In this document: in pieces, positions 35,746-44,058 of the stretch | Layout of the letters: each line of letters opens with the position of its first letter | Numbering within the stretch: the stretch's first letter is position 1 | Assembly: GCA_035499435.1 (NCBI GenBank) | Contig: DATJYW010000041.1 | Span: forward strand, 4,175-68,174 | From: Candidatus Acidiferrales bacterium | GTDB lineage: Bacteria; Acidobacteriota; Terriglobia; Bryobacterales; Bryobacteraceae | DNA: 64,000 nucleotides | Reading direction: 5' to 3' | Made by a program: the position numbers and the translations under genes | The notes under the pieces: model-generated | The model's database searches: none | Told to the model about the DNA's origin: nothing | Seen by the model: the letters and a program-made list of their open reading frames with translations, nothing else

Positions 35746-37257
35746 CTACAAAAGCCGCTTCAATCGCGCCGCCAGCTCCATCGGGTTGAACGGCTTCACC
35801 ATGTAGTCGTCCGCGCCCAACGCGAATCCGCGCAGAATGTCGCTGTCCTTCTGCCGCGAGGTCAGCATCACCACCCGAATCGGCAGGCCCTCCTTGCGGA
35901 TCGTGGACAGTATTTCGAACCCGTCCAGCCCCGGCATGTTCACGTCCAGAACCACCGCATGAGGGCACAGCTTCCGAATCATCCGCAGCGCTTCGGGTCC
36001 GGTCGATGCCGACCGGCATTCCATTCCAAGGTCCTGGAACGCGCCCCGGACCATCGCCAGCACGTAAGCGTCGTCGTCCGCCACCAGGACTTCCCGTGTC
36101 CCGCTCAAACCGTGTGCGGGTTCGCCTCCAGGGGCTTGCGCCGGCTCCTTCGTCGCGCGCGAGATGGCGAAGCTCAGGCGCATCACCACCTCCTCAGGCT
36201 GCCATCCGTCGATCAGGTACTCGCAAGCCCGCGATTGTACCTTCGGGTCCAGCGCCAGCAGATGCTCCCGGCCACCGGCCAGCACCAGCGGCAAACCCGG
36301 CGGAAGAGCCGCGCCGCTCTCGAGCCATGGCGAATCCAGGGTCTCCGGCCGCACCTGTACCATCACCGCGATGCAACCACGGATGCTATCGGAATCCATC
36401 GGCTCATCCGGCCGGAACCACATCGGCAGTGCGCCCGCACGGCTCAGCGCGGCGCATATCTCGTCGGCCGTATCGTCCGTGAAGCCCACCAACCCGATCC
36501 GCTTGCGAGCCAGCTCCTGCAGGATGGAATCCGGCATCGGGGTTTCCGAAGCCTCCTTTGGAGAGTCGAACGCGCGCGCCAAGTCCTGGAGCGCGCCGCG
36601 CAGCTCGGTCATTGTCCAGTCCGGCTTGCCCAGCACTGTCTCGCCGGCTCGCGCCTTCTCTGCGATCTCCATGTAGCCCAGAACGCCAGCCGACCCGATC
36701 CACTGGTGAAAAAGCCGCGCCGTCGCCGCTGCATCCACCTGCGCGCCCGAGAACTCCAGCATGCGCCGGACGTGCCGCCCGGCGTCCGCCAGGAACGCCC
36801 GCCGCAGCCCCTCCATCTCCGGGCTGTCCAGCTTCAACGAGCCCGGCAGCGCTTCGCTGGCTTCCGGACCGGGCGGCGTTTGCGCCTGTCCGTGAAAGAA
36901 CGCCTCCAGCCGCCTCCCCAGCGTGCGCGTGTCGATCGGTTTGATGATGAATCCGTCGCACCCGGCCGCGAACGCGCTGGTCTCCGTGTCCCGTGACGTG
37001 GACGCGGTCAGCGCCACCACCAGCATCTCCCTGGTCCCCGGCTGCGAGCGGACCTGGCGCGTCAGGTCGAGTCCGTCCATGCCGGGAAGCTGCAAGTCCA
37101 CCAGCATGAGATTCGGACGGATCGTCGTGAGTGTCTTCAGTGCCTCCTCAGCCGTGGACGCCAGATATACCCGGTAACCTTCGCTGCGCAGCACCGCCGC
37201 CGCCAGCTTCAGGCTTACCGGCTCGTCTTCCACGACGAGTACGGTTTCCCCTGCCAT
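35746..37257 (-). CDS. Multidomain phosphorelay protein: REC - Hpt - pseudo-receiver - REC
   Basis: Start at ATG 37257 (MAGETVLVVEDEP). REC1 has LMLVDLQLPGMDG, VVALTA and FIIKPI. The Hpt-like helix is ARLFHQWIGSAGVLG. The middle domain lacks the acidic pocket. REC2 has VLVADDD, VVLDVNMPGLDG, VVMLTS and YMVKPF. Confidence 0.75.
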   Translation of the reverse strand: MAGETVLVVEDEPVSLKLAAAVLRSEGYRVYLASTAEEALKTLTTIRPNLMLVDLQLPGMDGLDLTRQVRSQPGTREMLVVALTASTSRDTETSAFAAGCDGFIIKPIDTRTLGRRLEAFFHGQAQTPPGPEASEALPGSLKLDSPEMEGLRRAFLADAGRHVRRMLEFSGAQVDAAATARLFHQWIGSAGVLGYMEIAEKARAGETVLGKPDWTMTELRGALQDLARAFDSPKEASETPMPDSILQELARKRIGLVGFTDDTADEICAALSRAGALPMWFRPDEPMDSDSIRGCIAVMVQVRPETLDSPWLESGAALPPGLPLVLAGGREHLLALDPKVQSRACEYLIDGWQPEEVVMRLSFAISRATKEPAQAPGGEPAHGLSGTREVLVADDDAYVLAMVRGAFQDLGMECRSASTGPEALRMIRKLCPHAVVLDVNMPGLDGFEILSTIRKEGLPIRVVMLTSRQKDSDILRGFALGADDYMVKPFNPMELAARLKRLL

Positions 37258-37342
37258 ACCGCTACGCCCTTGACTATAGTCGGTTGCGCGGCTCGGTTCA
37301 ACGTTTCCTCTGGTAAAGACCGCGTTATCGTAAGGTTTACCC

Positions 37343-38752
37343 ATGACACCCGACGAATTCCGAAGAATCGGCCACCAGATCATCGACCGCATCGCAGACT
37401 ACCGCGCATCGGTCGCTCAATGCCCGGTCATGTCCCGCACCGCGCCCGGCGAGATCAAGGCGGCCCTCCCCGCCGGCCCGCCCTCCTCGCCCGAGTCCTT
37501 CGAGTCCATCCTCGCCGACTTCGAGCGCATCGTGCTCCCCGGCCTTTCGCACTGGCAGCATCCCAATTTCTTCGGCTATTTCCCCTCCAACGGCGAGCTG
37601 TCCAGCGTCCTGGGCGACTATCTCTCCACCGGGCTCGGCGTGCTCGGCCTCAACTGGCAGGCGAGCCCCGCGCTCACCGAGGTGGAAGAGGTGGTCACCG
37701 ATTGGATGCGCCGCATGACCGGCCTCTCCGGCGCGTGGAGCGGCGTGATCCAGGACACCGCCTCCACCTGCACGCTGGTCGCACTGATGTGTGCGCGCGA
37801 ACACGCCACCGGCTACGGGCTGGCGCGCGGTGGATTGCAGGCCGAGACCGCGCCGCTCGTCGTCTATACCTCGGCTCACAGCCACAGCAGCGTCGACAAA
37901 GCCGCGCTGCTCGCCGGTTTCGGCCGCGACAACGTCCGGCACATCGCCAACGACTCGAATTACGCGCTCGACCCCGGCGCGCTGGACGCCGCCATCCGCG
38001 CAGACCTCGCCGCCGGCCGCAAACCCTGCGCCATCGTGGGCACCACCGGCACCACTACCAGCACCGCGATCGATCCCATCGCCGCTATAGCCCGCATCGC
38101 CGGCGAACACGGCCTTTGGCTGCACGTCGACGCCGCCATGGCCGGCAGCGCCATGATCCTGCCGGAATGCCGGTGGATGTGGGACGGCATCGAGGGCGCC
38201 GATTCCCTGGTGCTCAATCCCCACAAATGGCTCGGCGCCGCCTTCGATTGCTCGCTCTATTACGTGCGCGACCCGCAGCACCTGGTCCGGGTGATGTCCA
38301 CCAGCCCCAGCTACCTGCGCACGGCGGCGGACCAGAAGGTCAAGAACCTGCGCGATTGGGGTCTCCCTCTGGGCCGCCGCTTCCGCGCCCTCAAGCTCTG
38401 GTTCCTGATCCGCGAGCAGGGAGTTGCCGGTCTCCAGGCCCGCCTGCGCCGCGACCTTGCCAACGCGCAATGGCTCGCCGCGCGCGTGCGCGAAACCCCC
38501 GGCTGGCGATTGCTCGCGCCCGTGCCGCTGCAGACGCTATGCGTGCGGTACGAGCCCGAAGGGCTCCAAGGCGACCCGCTCGACCGCTACACACAAGGGT
38601 GGGCGGACCGGATCAACCGCTCCGGCGCGGCGTACCTCACGCCCGCGACTCTCGATGGACGCTGGATGGTCCGCGTCTCCATCGGCGCCCTCGGCACCGA
38701 GCTGCGACATGTCGAAGCGCTGTGGCAATTGATGCAGAAGGAAGTGCGCTGA
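37343..38752 (+). CDS. Group II PLP-dependent aromatic-L-amino-acid/tyrosine decarboxylase
   Basis: HWQHPNFFGYFPS, the LNPHKWLGAAFDCS PLP-lysine motif and a length of 469 aa match the DDC/TDC family. Confidence 0.85.
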   Translation: MTPDEFRRIGHQIIDRIADYRASVAQCPVMSRTAPGEIKAALPAGPPSSPESFESILADFERIVLPGLSHWQHPNFFGYFPSNGELSSVLGDYLSTGLGVLGLNWQASPALTEVEEVVTDWMRRMTGLSGAWSGVIQDTASTCTLVALMCAREHATGYGLARGGLQAETAPLVVYTSAHSHSSVDKAALLAGFGRDNVRHIANDSNYALDPGALDAAIRADLAAGRKPCAIVGTTGTTTSTAIDPIAAIARIAGEHGLWLHVDAAMAGSAMILPECRWMWDGIEGADSLVLNPHKWLGAAFDCSLYYVRDPQHLVRVMSTSPSYLRTAADQKVKNLRDWGLPLGRRFRALKLWFLIREQGVAGLQARLRRDLANAQWLAARVRETPGWRLLAPVPLQTLCVRYEPEGLQGDPLDRYTQGWADRINRSGAAYLTPATLDGRWMVRVSIGALGTELRHVEALWQLMQKEVR

Positions 38753-38778
38753 AACGTGAAGCGTATTACCTTCTTGAT

Positions 38779-38806
38779 CCCAAAATATTCAGCCCAAAAT
38801 ACTCAA
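38779..38806 (+). promoter_or_regulatory. Tandem 14-nt direct repeat upstream of the secreted-orphan gene (possible operator)
   Basis: cccaaaatattcag (38779..38792) is immediately followed by cccaaaatactcaa (38793..38806), 12 of 14 identical. It sits in an AT-rich gap 66 nt upstream of ATG 38872. Confidence 0.35.
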
Positions 38807-38871
38807 TCGAAGGGATGCCTGACCTTAGCCTGCTGAACGTCCATTTAGTTGGAGGACGAAGAAAGGTCAAT

Positions 38872-39462
38872 ATGAAACTAAAACTACCGTTACTCTGCGG
38901 TTCCATCTTACTCACGGCTGCGCTGACCGCTCCCGCCAGCACGCCGCCGCCTTGCACTTGCACACCAGGAAGTCCCACGGCGGCTTCCAACACCTGGAAC
39001 TTCAAAGGTGAAGCCAACACGATCTTTCAGGACATCGAAACCGATGCTCAATCGATTCGCACTCACGCGGACCGGATCCAGAGCTACGAGCGCGGCCCGC
39101 AGCTAAGCTGGGCAAGCCACGGCGATCAACTGAATGCCATCCGGGACGACGTCAACGATATGGGAAAGAAGTTGTGCCGCCTGGAAGTTATCCGCGGAGC
39201 GCTCGCGCCATGGCAGCAGGGCGAAGTGGACCGCATCGCGGCGATCGTCCCGCTCCTGGCGAATGAAACCGAGGATGCCATTTTGTTCGGCGCAGAGCAC
39301 CAGCAGGTGTTGTGGCTCCCCGTTTACCAGAACGACACCAACAGCCTGTACGAAAATAGTAACAGGCTCGCCCAATCCGTCAATGAGGCCGTTAAGTACG
39401 CAGGCGTTTCGAAGGACTACCGCACGCTGCGCCACGAGATGGGAACGAGCGGCGGGTTCTAA
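38872..39462 (+). CDS. Secreted helical hypothetical protein
   Basis: ATG 38872 after GGAGGACGAAGAAAGG, the last 196 codons of track ORF 37270..39462. Signal MKLKLPLLCGSILLTAALTAPA. The mature part is predicted helical (IETDAQSIRTHADRIQSYE...). I recognise no family. Confidence 0.5.
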   Translation: MKLKLPLLCGSILLTAALTAPASTPPPCTCTPGSPTAASNTWNFKGEANTIFQDIETDAQSIRTHADRIQSYERGPQLSWASHGDQLNAIRDDVNDMGKKLCRLEVIRGALAPWQQGEVDRIAAIVPLLANETEDAILFGAEHQQVLWLPVYQNDTNSLYENSNRLAQSVNEAVKYAGVSKDYRTLRHEMGTSGGF

Positions 39463-39498
39463 GGAGTGCCGCAACAACTTATTAACATGGAGGGGAAT

Positions 39499-39828
39499 AT
39501 GAATAAGATCAATCGTGCAATCTGGACAGGCGCTTTATCGGCGCTGCTGCTGGCGGTCCCGTCGATCGCCGCCGAGCGGGCCGCGTGGCCCGCCGAAACG
39601 CTGAGTGGCACCATAGCCAGCGTCGATCCAGGCCAGCGGCTGCTCGTCGTGAAGGATTCCAATGGCGTGCCGTTCGATATCGTGGTCGGCAGCCACACCC
39701 GCATCATGGCCGCGGATCAGAGCCTCAAGCTCAAGGATCTCGACCAGGACGTCAACCGGTCCGTCTCCGTCAGGTTCGTCCCCGAGCGGCGCGGCGACGT
39801 CGCCCAATCCATCCGGATCAGCAGTTAA
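39499..39828 (+). CDS. Small secreted hypothetical protein
   Basis: ATG 39499 after GGAGGGG. Signal MNKINRAIWTGALSALLLAVPSIAA. The beta-rich mature part reads LSGTIASVDPGQRLLVVKDSNGVPFDIVVGSHTRI. Confidence 0.5.
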   Translation: MNKINRAIWTGALSALLLAVPSIAAERAAWPAETLSGTIASVDPGQRLLVVKDSNGVPFDIVVGSHTRIMAADQSLKLKDLDQDVNRSVSVRFVPERRGDVAQSIRISS

Positions 39829-39834
39829 TCCTCA

Positions 39835-39856
39835 GGGCGGGCCCGCCGGCCCGCCC
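39835..39856 (+). terminator. GC-rich hairpin after the secreted-orphan pair
   Basis: gggcgggc (39835..39842) pairs with gcccgccc (39849..39856) across a 6-nt loop. The downstream T tract is weak (cccccttta). Confidence 0.35.
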
Positions 39857-39929
39857 CAGCCCCCTTTACAAATGACGCGGAAACTTTCTGCCGGCGCGGG
39901 CATAATCTATACGTGCGACGGCGGCTCCC

Positions 39930-40427
39930 ATGACCGGATTTCATGAGCTTTACGAAGCCTATTCACGGGATGTCTACCGCTTCGCGCTGTATTTGTCGAA
40001 CGATCCGGCGATGGCCGATGACATCACGTCGGAGACGTTCGTCCGCGCTTGGAGTTCGCCGGAGCCGGTGCGCTTAGCCACGGTGAAAGGCTATTTGTTG
40101 ACCATCGCTCGCAATCTGTGGCTGATGGAGCGGAGGCGCCATTCACGGCGTGGCAGCCTCGTGGAAGTGAACGACGAGCTACCCGACTCCGCTCCCAGCG
40201 TGTCGCGGGGAGTGGAAGTGAAGGATGAGCTCGGCAGGGTCCTGCGCGCGTTGCAGGAATTTCCCGAGGCGGACCGGGCGGCGCTCCTGATGCGAGCGAT
40301 TGAGGGTATGTCCTATGAGGAGATTGCGGCCGCTCTCGGCCTGCCGGTTGCGACCGTCAAAGTCAAAGTGCATCGGGCGCGCCTGAGGCTCGCGCAGATG
40401 TGCAGCCAGGGGATCACCGCAAAATGA
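39930..40427 (+). CDS. ECF (sigma-70 family, group IV) RNA polymerase sigma factor
   Basis: Region 2 is YRFALYLSNDPAMADDITSETFVRAW. Region 4 is EGMSYEEIAAALGLPVATVKVKVHRARLRL. Confidence 0.85.
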   Translation: MTGFHELYEAYSRDVYRFALYLSNDPAMADDITSETFVRAWSSPEPVRLATVKGYLLTIARNLWLMERRRHSRRGSLVEVNDELPDSAPSVSRGVEVKDELGRVLRALQEFPEADRAALLMRAIEGMSYEEIAAALGLPVATVKVKVHRARLRLAQMCSQGITAK

Positions 40428-40843
40428 ACGTAACGAAAAATGTGATTCAAGACCTGTTGCCGGCCTACCTTGCCGGCGAGGCAAGCGCCGACACCGTGGA
40501 TTTGGTGGAGGAGTTCCTCACGACGGACCCCGAGCTTGCCCGCACCGTCGAATCATTTCGCGCCAACCCGTTGGCGCAACCGGCCGTCGAGTTGCGGCCT
40601 GATAGAGAAAAGGAGACGTTGAATATGACGAAACGATTGCTGTGGTGGCGAGGAATCCTGATGGGCCTCGCCATGTTCCTGACGCTGATGCCGCTGTCAT
40701 TCCGATTTGCCGGCGGCAGCATCAGGTGGACCTTTATGCAGGAGGCCCCTCCGGATGTCACTGCCCTGGTTGGCCTGGCAGCGCTCGGCTCTTGGGGAGG
40801 TTTCCTTTATGTGCGGCGCCGGCTCCAGGGCACCGGACTTTGA
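40424..40843 (+). CDS. Putative membrane anti-sigma factor (no zinc-finger motif)
   Basis: ATG 40424 overlaps the sigma stop (ATGA). N-terminus VIQDLLPAYLAGEASADTVDLVEEFL resembles an anti-sigma N-helix but lacks HxxxCxxC. Two predicted TM helices. Confidence 0.6.
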   Translation: MNVTKNVIQDLLPAYLAGEASADTVDLVEEFLTTDPELARTVESFRANPLAQPAVELRPDREKETLNMTKRLLWWRGILMGLAMFLTLMPLSFRFAGGSIRWTFMQEAPPDVTALVGLAALGSWGGFLYVRRRLQGTGL

Positions 40844-40852
40844 AAAAGCTCA

Positions 40853-40953
40853 CCGGCGCAGCGGCGCCCGGCGCCGGCCATCAGCTTTCAGCACAACCAA
40901 ATTCCGACCTCGAAGGTTGAGCTGAAAGCTGAAGGCTGATAGCTGAAAGCTGA
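40853..40953. repeat. GC hairpin plus AGCTGAAAGCTGA repeat/inverted-repeat cluster between convergent genes
   Basis: ccggcgc (40853..40859) pairs with gcgccgg (40871..40877). tcagctttcagc (40881..40892) is the exact reverse complement of gctgaaagctga, which occurs at 40921..40932 and again at 40942..40953. Confidence 0.6.
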
Positions 40954-40961
40954 CATGACAG

Positions 40962-41612
40962 CTAAGAGATAATTCCCTTCCGCACGGCGTACAGAATCAG
41001 CTCCGGAATGCTGTGGATATCCAGCTTCTGGAGAATGTGCGAACGATGCGTCTCCACCGTGGTGAGGCTGATGTTCAGGTCGTTGGCGACCTCCTTGTTG
41101 GAGCGCCCCTCCGCGATCATCTGAAGCACTTCCCGCTCGCGATCCGATAGCAGGTCGTAGCGGTCCTCGAGGCCTCGCTGCTGCAGCCTGCTGATGTAGT
41201 CCTCCTGGAGGATGCGCGCCACCTTTCGCGTGAGAAACGAGCGACCCTGGTGAACCGCCCGGATGGCCTGCACCACTTCGCTGCGCAGCGAGTCCTTGAG
41301 CAGATATCCCTTGGCGCCGGCCTTCAGAGAACCCAGGACGTAGCTTTCGTCCTGGTGCATGCTCAGGATCACGACTCCCACGCGGGAGTTGGCCGCGAGA
41401 ATGCGGCGGGTCGCCTCCATGCCGTTCATGTTGGGCATGGCCAGGTCCATCACTACCACATCGGGCGCCTCGGATTCGGCTAGCCGCACGCTCTCGCGTC
41501 CGTCCGCCGCCTCGGCGACCACGCTCATATCCGATTCATGCTCCAGCAGAGCGCGCAAGCCATCTCGGACCACCGTGTGGTCGTCAGCTAACAAGATGCG
41601 TATCTGCTTCAT
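40962..41612 (-). CDS. NarL/FixJ (LuxR-type) response regulator
   Basis: ATG 41612 (MKQIRILLADDHTVVRDGL). VVVMDLAMPNMNG. LuxR HTH LSDREREVLQMIAEGRSNKEVANDLNISLTTVETHRSHILQKL. Confidence 0.9.
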   Translation of the reverse strand: MKQIRILLADDHTVVRDGLRALLEHESDMSVVAEAADGRESVRLAESEAPDVVVMDLAMPNMNGMEATRRILAANSRVGVVILSMHQDESYVLGSLKAGAKGYLLKDSLRSEVVQAIRAVHQGRSFLTRKVARILQEDYISRLQQRGLEDRYDLLSDREREVLQMIAEGRSNKEVANDLNISLTTVETHRSHILQKLDIHSIPELILYAVRKGIIS

Positions 41613-42948
41613 GTCCATTCCTATGCTCCAACTCGACGACCGGGAGCGTCGCATGAACCGCGGTCCCGCGGCCGGGCTCGCTTGTGATCTTCAGCCGCCC
41701 GCCCAGGCGACGGACCCGCTCCTCCATACCCAGCAGGCCCAGTCCCCGCGTGAATCGGGTGTCGAACCCCGCGCCATCGTCCTGCACGGTCACGCTCACC
41801 TTCTCGTGCTCTTTCCGAACCGCCACTTCCACGGTCCGCGCGTTGGCATGGCGTACCGCATTGTTCACTGCCTCCTGCACAAGCCGGTAAATGCAGGTGC
41901 GGTGCTCGTCCGGCAGGCTGTCGATCTCCTCGTCGGCGGTTACCACCACGTTCCGCCCCGTGCGCTTGCTGGTCTCACGGGCGTGCCAGTTCAACGCCGG
42001 CGTCAGCCCAAGGTCGTCCAGCATCGAGGGACGCAGCAGCAGCGCCAGGTCCCGCACCTGGTTGAGAGTCCGTTCCGCCAGCCTGCGGATCGACTCCAGG
42101 TGCTCGGCCACATTCGCCCCCCGCGCCGCGTATTCGGCGCCCTCGGTCTCCATCAGGATCGCCGACAGCGACTGCCCCACCTCGTCGTGCAGTTCGCGGG
42201 CCAGCGAGCGACGCTCGTTTTCCTGGGCGCGGAGGAGCAGCGTGGAGAGCTCCTGCAAATCGGCGCGCCGCCGGTCGAGTTCGCGCTCGAGCCGGAGGAT
42301 AAAGCCGATCGTGATCAGCGCCAGCACCAGCCCCCCTGCCAGGGTGAGCCCGAACGTAAGGATAAGCGATCGCTGCAGGCGGTCCGCCGAAGCGGCCGAT
42401 TGCGCTTCCGAACGCGTCAGACCGCGCTCGTTCACGGACGCGATTCGGTCCGCGATTTGCAGCATAGCCGTGCGCCGGGGTACCAGCTCGTTGTAGAAGA
42501 ACGAAAATCGAAGGCGTTCTCGCTGCTGCGGCGACCATCCGAGGGTGGCATCCATGACCCGCCAGTAGGCATCGATCTCATTGCGCAAGGCGAGAAAGGG
42601 CTCGCGCTCCTCGGCATCCAACTCGTGTCCGTAGGCTTCCAGCGCTCTGTGAGTCTCGCGCTCCAATCCGGCCAGGTGCGCGGCCTGGGTCTTCGCCGTC
42701 TCGGCGTCCGGCGAGAGCAGAAAGTCGCGGGCGTAGGTTCCGGAGAGATAGATCTGCGATCGGATCTGATCCAGCGATTTGAGCCGCTCCAGAAACTCCT
42801 TGCGCTCCCGGGCCTCCGTGCTTCGAACCTGTTGAAGAGAAAGCAGCGTGCCGATTCCCGCTCCGGCCACACACACGAGTAGGCCCCCGAACCCCAGAGA
42901 CAGGATCAGCCAGGAAGGCTTACGGCGTCTCTCGCCGGTACCACTCAC
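41584..42948 (-). CDS. Sensor histidine kinase (HisKA_3 / NarX-type)
   Basis: H-box ELHDEVGQSLSAI, N-box LVQEAVNNAVRHA, then DDGAGF and GLGLLGMEERV. Two TM helices. Start placed at GTG 42948 so that the hairpin at 42981..43002 is intergenic. The track ORF extends to 43017, so the start is uncertain. Confidence 0.75.
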   Translation of the reverse strand: MSGTGERRRKPSWLILSLGFGGLLVCVAGAGIGTLLSLQQVRSTEARERKEFLERLKSLDQIRSQIYLSGTYARDFLLSPDAETAKTQAAHLAGLERETHRALEAYGHELDAEEREPFLALRNEIDAYWRVMDATLGWSPQQRERLRFSFFYNELVPRRTAMLQIADRIASVNERGLTRSEAQSAASADRLQRSLILTFGLTLAGGLVLALITIGFILRLERELDRRRADLQELSTLLLRAQENERRSLARELHDEVGQSLSAILMETEGAEYAARGANVAEHLESIRRLAERTLNQVRDLALLLRPSMLDDLGLTPALNWHARETSKRTGRNVVVTADEEIDSLPDEHRTCIYRLVQEAVNNAVRHANARTVEVAVRKEHEKVSVTVQDDGAGFDTRFTRGLGLLGMEERVRRLGGRLKITSEPGRGTAVHATLPVVELEHRNGHEADTHLVS

Positions 42949-42980
42949 TTTTTGAGTGTAGTGCAACGCTCGCCGGGGAA

Positions 42981-43002
42981 AAATCCTGTGCGAACAGGAT
43001 TT
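42981..43002 (+). other. 9-bp stem-loop with GCGA tetraloop in the HK/pal divergent region
   Basis: aaatcctgt (42981..42989), gcga, acaggattt (42994..43002): a perfect stem with a GNRA-type loop on the plus strand, 54 nt upstream of the pal ATG. Confidence 0.4.
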
Positions 43003-43055
43003 CGCCAACAAGCACAAAACGGTATGAATCGTAAGTAAGGAGAGGTTCTACATTT

Positions 43056-43649
43056 ATGCATCAGGCCCAAAAACGAACTCTGATTGCGCTGGCTGCAGCA
43101 TCCATATTGGCGGTTGGCTGTGCGAAGAAGCAGGCCGCCGCGCCGCCTCCACCCGCGCCGGTGCCGCCCGCAGCGCCGTCTGCCGCGCCGGCCTCCACCC
43201 CGGCTCCTACGCGTACCGCTACCAATTCGACTCCGCCCGCTTCGACACCCGCACCGCGGTATCCTAACGCGGTCACCCGCGCCCGCATCGACGAGCTTCT
43301 GGCTCGGATCGAAGATGCCTATTTCGACTACGACAAGGCAAGCCTTCGTCCTGATGCGCTCCAGGCGTTGCAGAAGGATTCCAATGAGCTGCGCGACATC
43401 CTGAAGGACTACCCCGACTATAAGCTCACCATCGAGGGCCACTGCGATGAGCGTGGCTCCGCCGAATACAACCTCGCTCTCGGCAACAAGCGCGCCGAGG
43501 CCGCCAAAGACTACCTGGTACAGGTAGGCATCCCTGCGGCGCAGTTCAACGTGGTCAGCTACGGCAAAGAGCACCCGGTCTGCCAGGATCACGACGAGAA
43601 TTGCTGGCAGAAGAACCGGCGGATTCATATTGTGGCGATGGCCCGGTAA
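43056..43649 (+). CDS. pal: Peptidoglycan-associated lipoprotein (OmpA-like C-terminal domain)
   Basis: Lipobox LAVGC, a Pro/Ala-rich linker, then the OmpA-like block YFDYDKASLRPDA...LTIEGHCDERGSAEYNLALGNKRAEAAKDYL. Confidence 0.85.
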   Translation: MHQAQKRTLIALAAASILAVGCAKKQAAAPPPPAPVPPAAPSAAPASTPAPTRTATNSTPPASTPAPRYPNAVTRARIDELLARIEDAYFDYDKASLRPDALQALQKDSNELRDILKDYPDYKLTIEGHCDERGSAEYNLALGNKRAEAAKDYLVQVGIPAAQFNVVSYGKEHPVCQDHDENCWQKNRRIHIVAMAR

Positions 43650-43665
43650 TCCCCACCCCCTCTGC

Positions 43666-43710
43666 GGGCGGACGACAAAGAGCAACTCGTCCGCCCCACC
43701 TGCTTTTCTC
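43666..43710 (+). terminator. Rho-independent-type terminator after pal
   Basis: gggcggacga (43666..43675) pairs perfectly with tcgtccgccc (43687..43696) across an 11-nt loop, followed by cacctgcttttctcc. Confidence 0.5.
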
Positions 43711-43721
43711 CGTAATTCGTG

Positions 43722-43750
43722 TTGAAGACCTGATAATCTGGATCTATACT
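43722..43750 (+). promoter_or_regulatory. Sigma-70-like promoter of the oxidoreductase operon
   Basis: TTGAAG (43722..43727), a 17-nt spacer, then TATACT (43745..43750), located 62 nt upstream of the ferredoxin-subunit ATG. Confidence 0.45.
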
Positions 43751-43811
43751 AGAGTCGGGTGAGATAAGCACCTGCTCTAAGTGGGTCTATCCATCCAGGA
43801 GGTGGCCTTCA

Positions 43812-44048
43812 ATGCCGGCAGTCGCCAAACCGGATCGCGGTTCAGTCGATCTAAATTCCGAAGAATGTAAAGGATGTGGCCTTTGTGTGGCGGCTTGTCC
43901 GCCCAAGGTTCTGCACCTGGCCGAACGGCTCAATCGCTACGGCTACCATCCCGCCGAGTACGCCGGCTCCGGCTGCACCGGCTGCGGAATCTGCTTCTAT
44001 GTCTGCCCGGAGCCGGGAGGCATTACCGTCCTCCGGCTCGCCGCCTAG
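43812..44048 (+). CDS. 2x[4Fe-4S] ferredoxin-type delta subunit of 2-oxoacid:ferredoxin oxidoreductase
   Basis: 78 aa with two cluster motifs, [12 protein letters not shown] and [21 protein letters not shown] upstream. Confidence 0.8.
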   Translation: MPAVAKPDRGSVDLNSEECKGCGLCVAACPPKVLHLAERLNRYGYHPAEYAGSGCTGCGICFYVCPEPGGITVLRLAA

Positions 44049-44058
44049 GAGACGCGCC

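Noticed and set aside
37270-38871. N-terminal 534 codons of the 730-aa plus-strand ORF
   Set aside because: It is out of frame over the PLP decarboxylase gene and extremely Arg/Pro-rich. The real gene starts at ATG 38872, which has a strong RBS and a signal peptide.
40853-40953. Possible CRISPR-like array
   Set aside because: There are only two direct copies of a 12-mer plus one inverted copy, with no regular spacers and no cas genes anywhere in the window.
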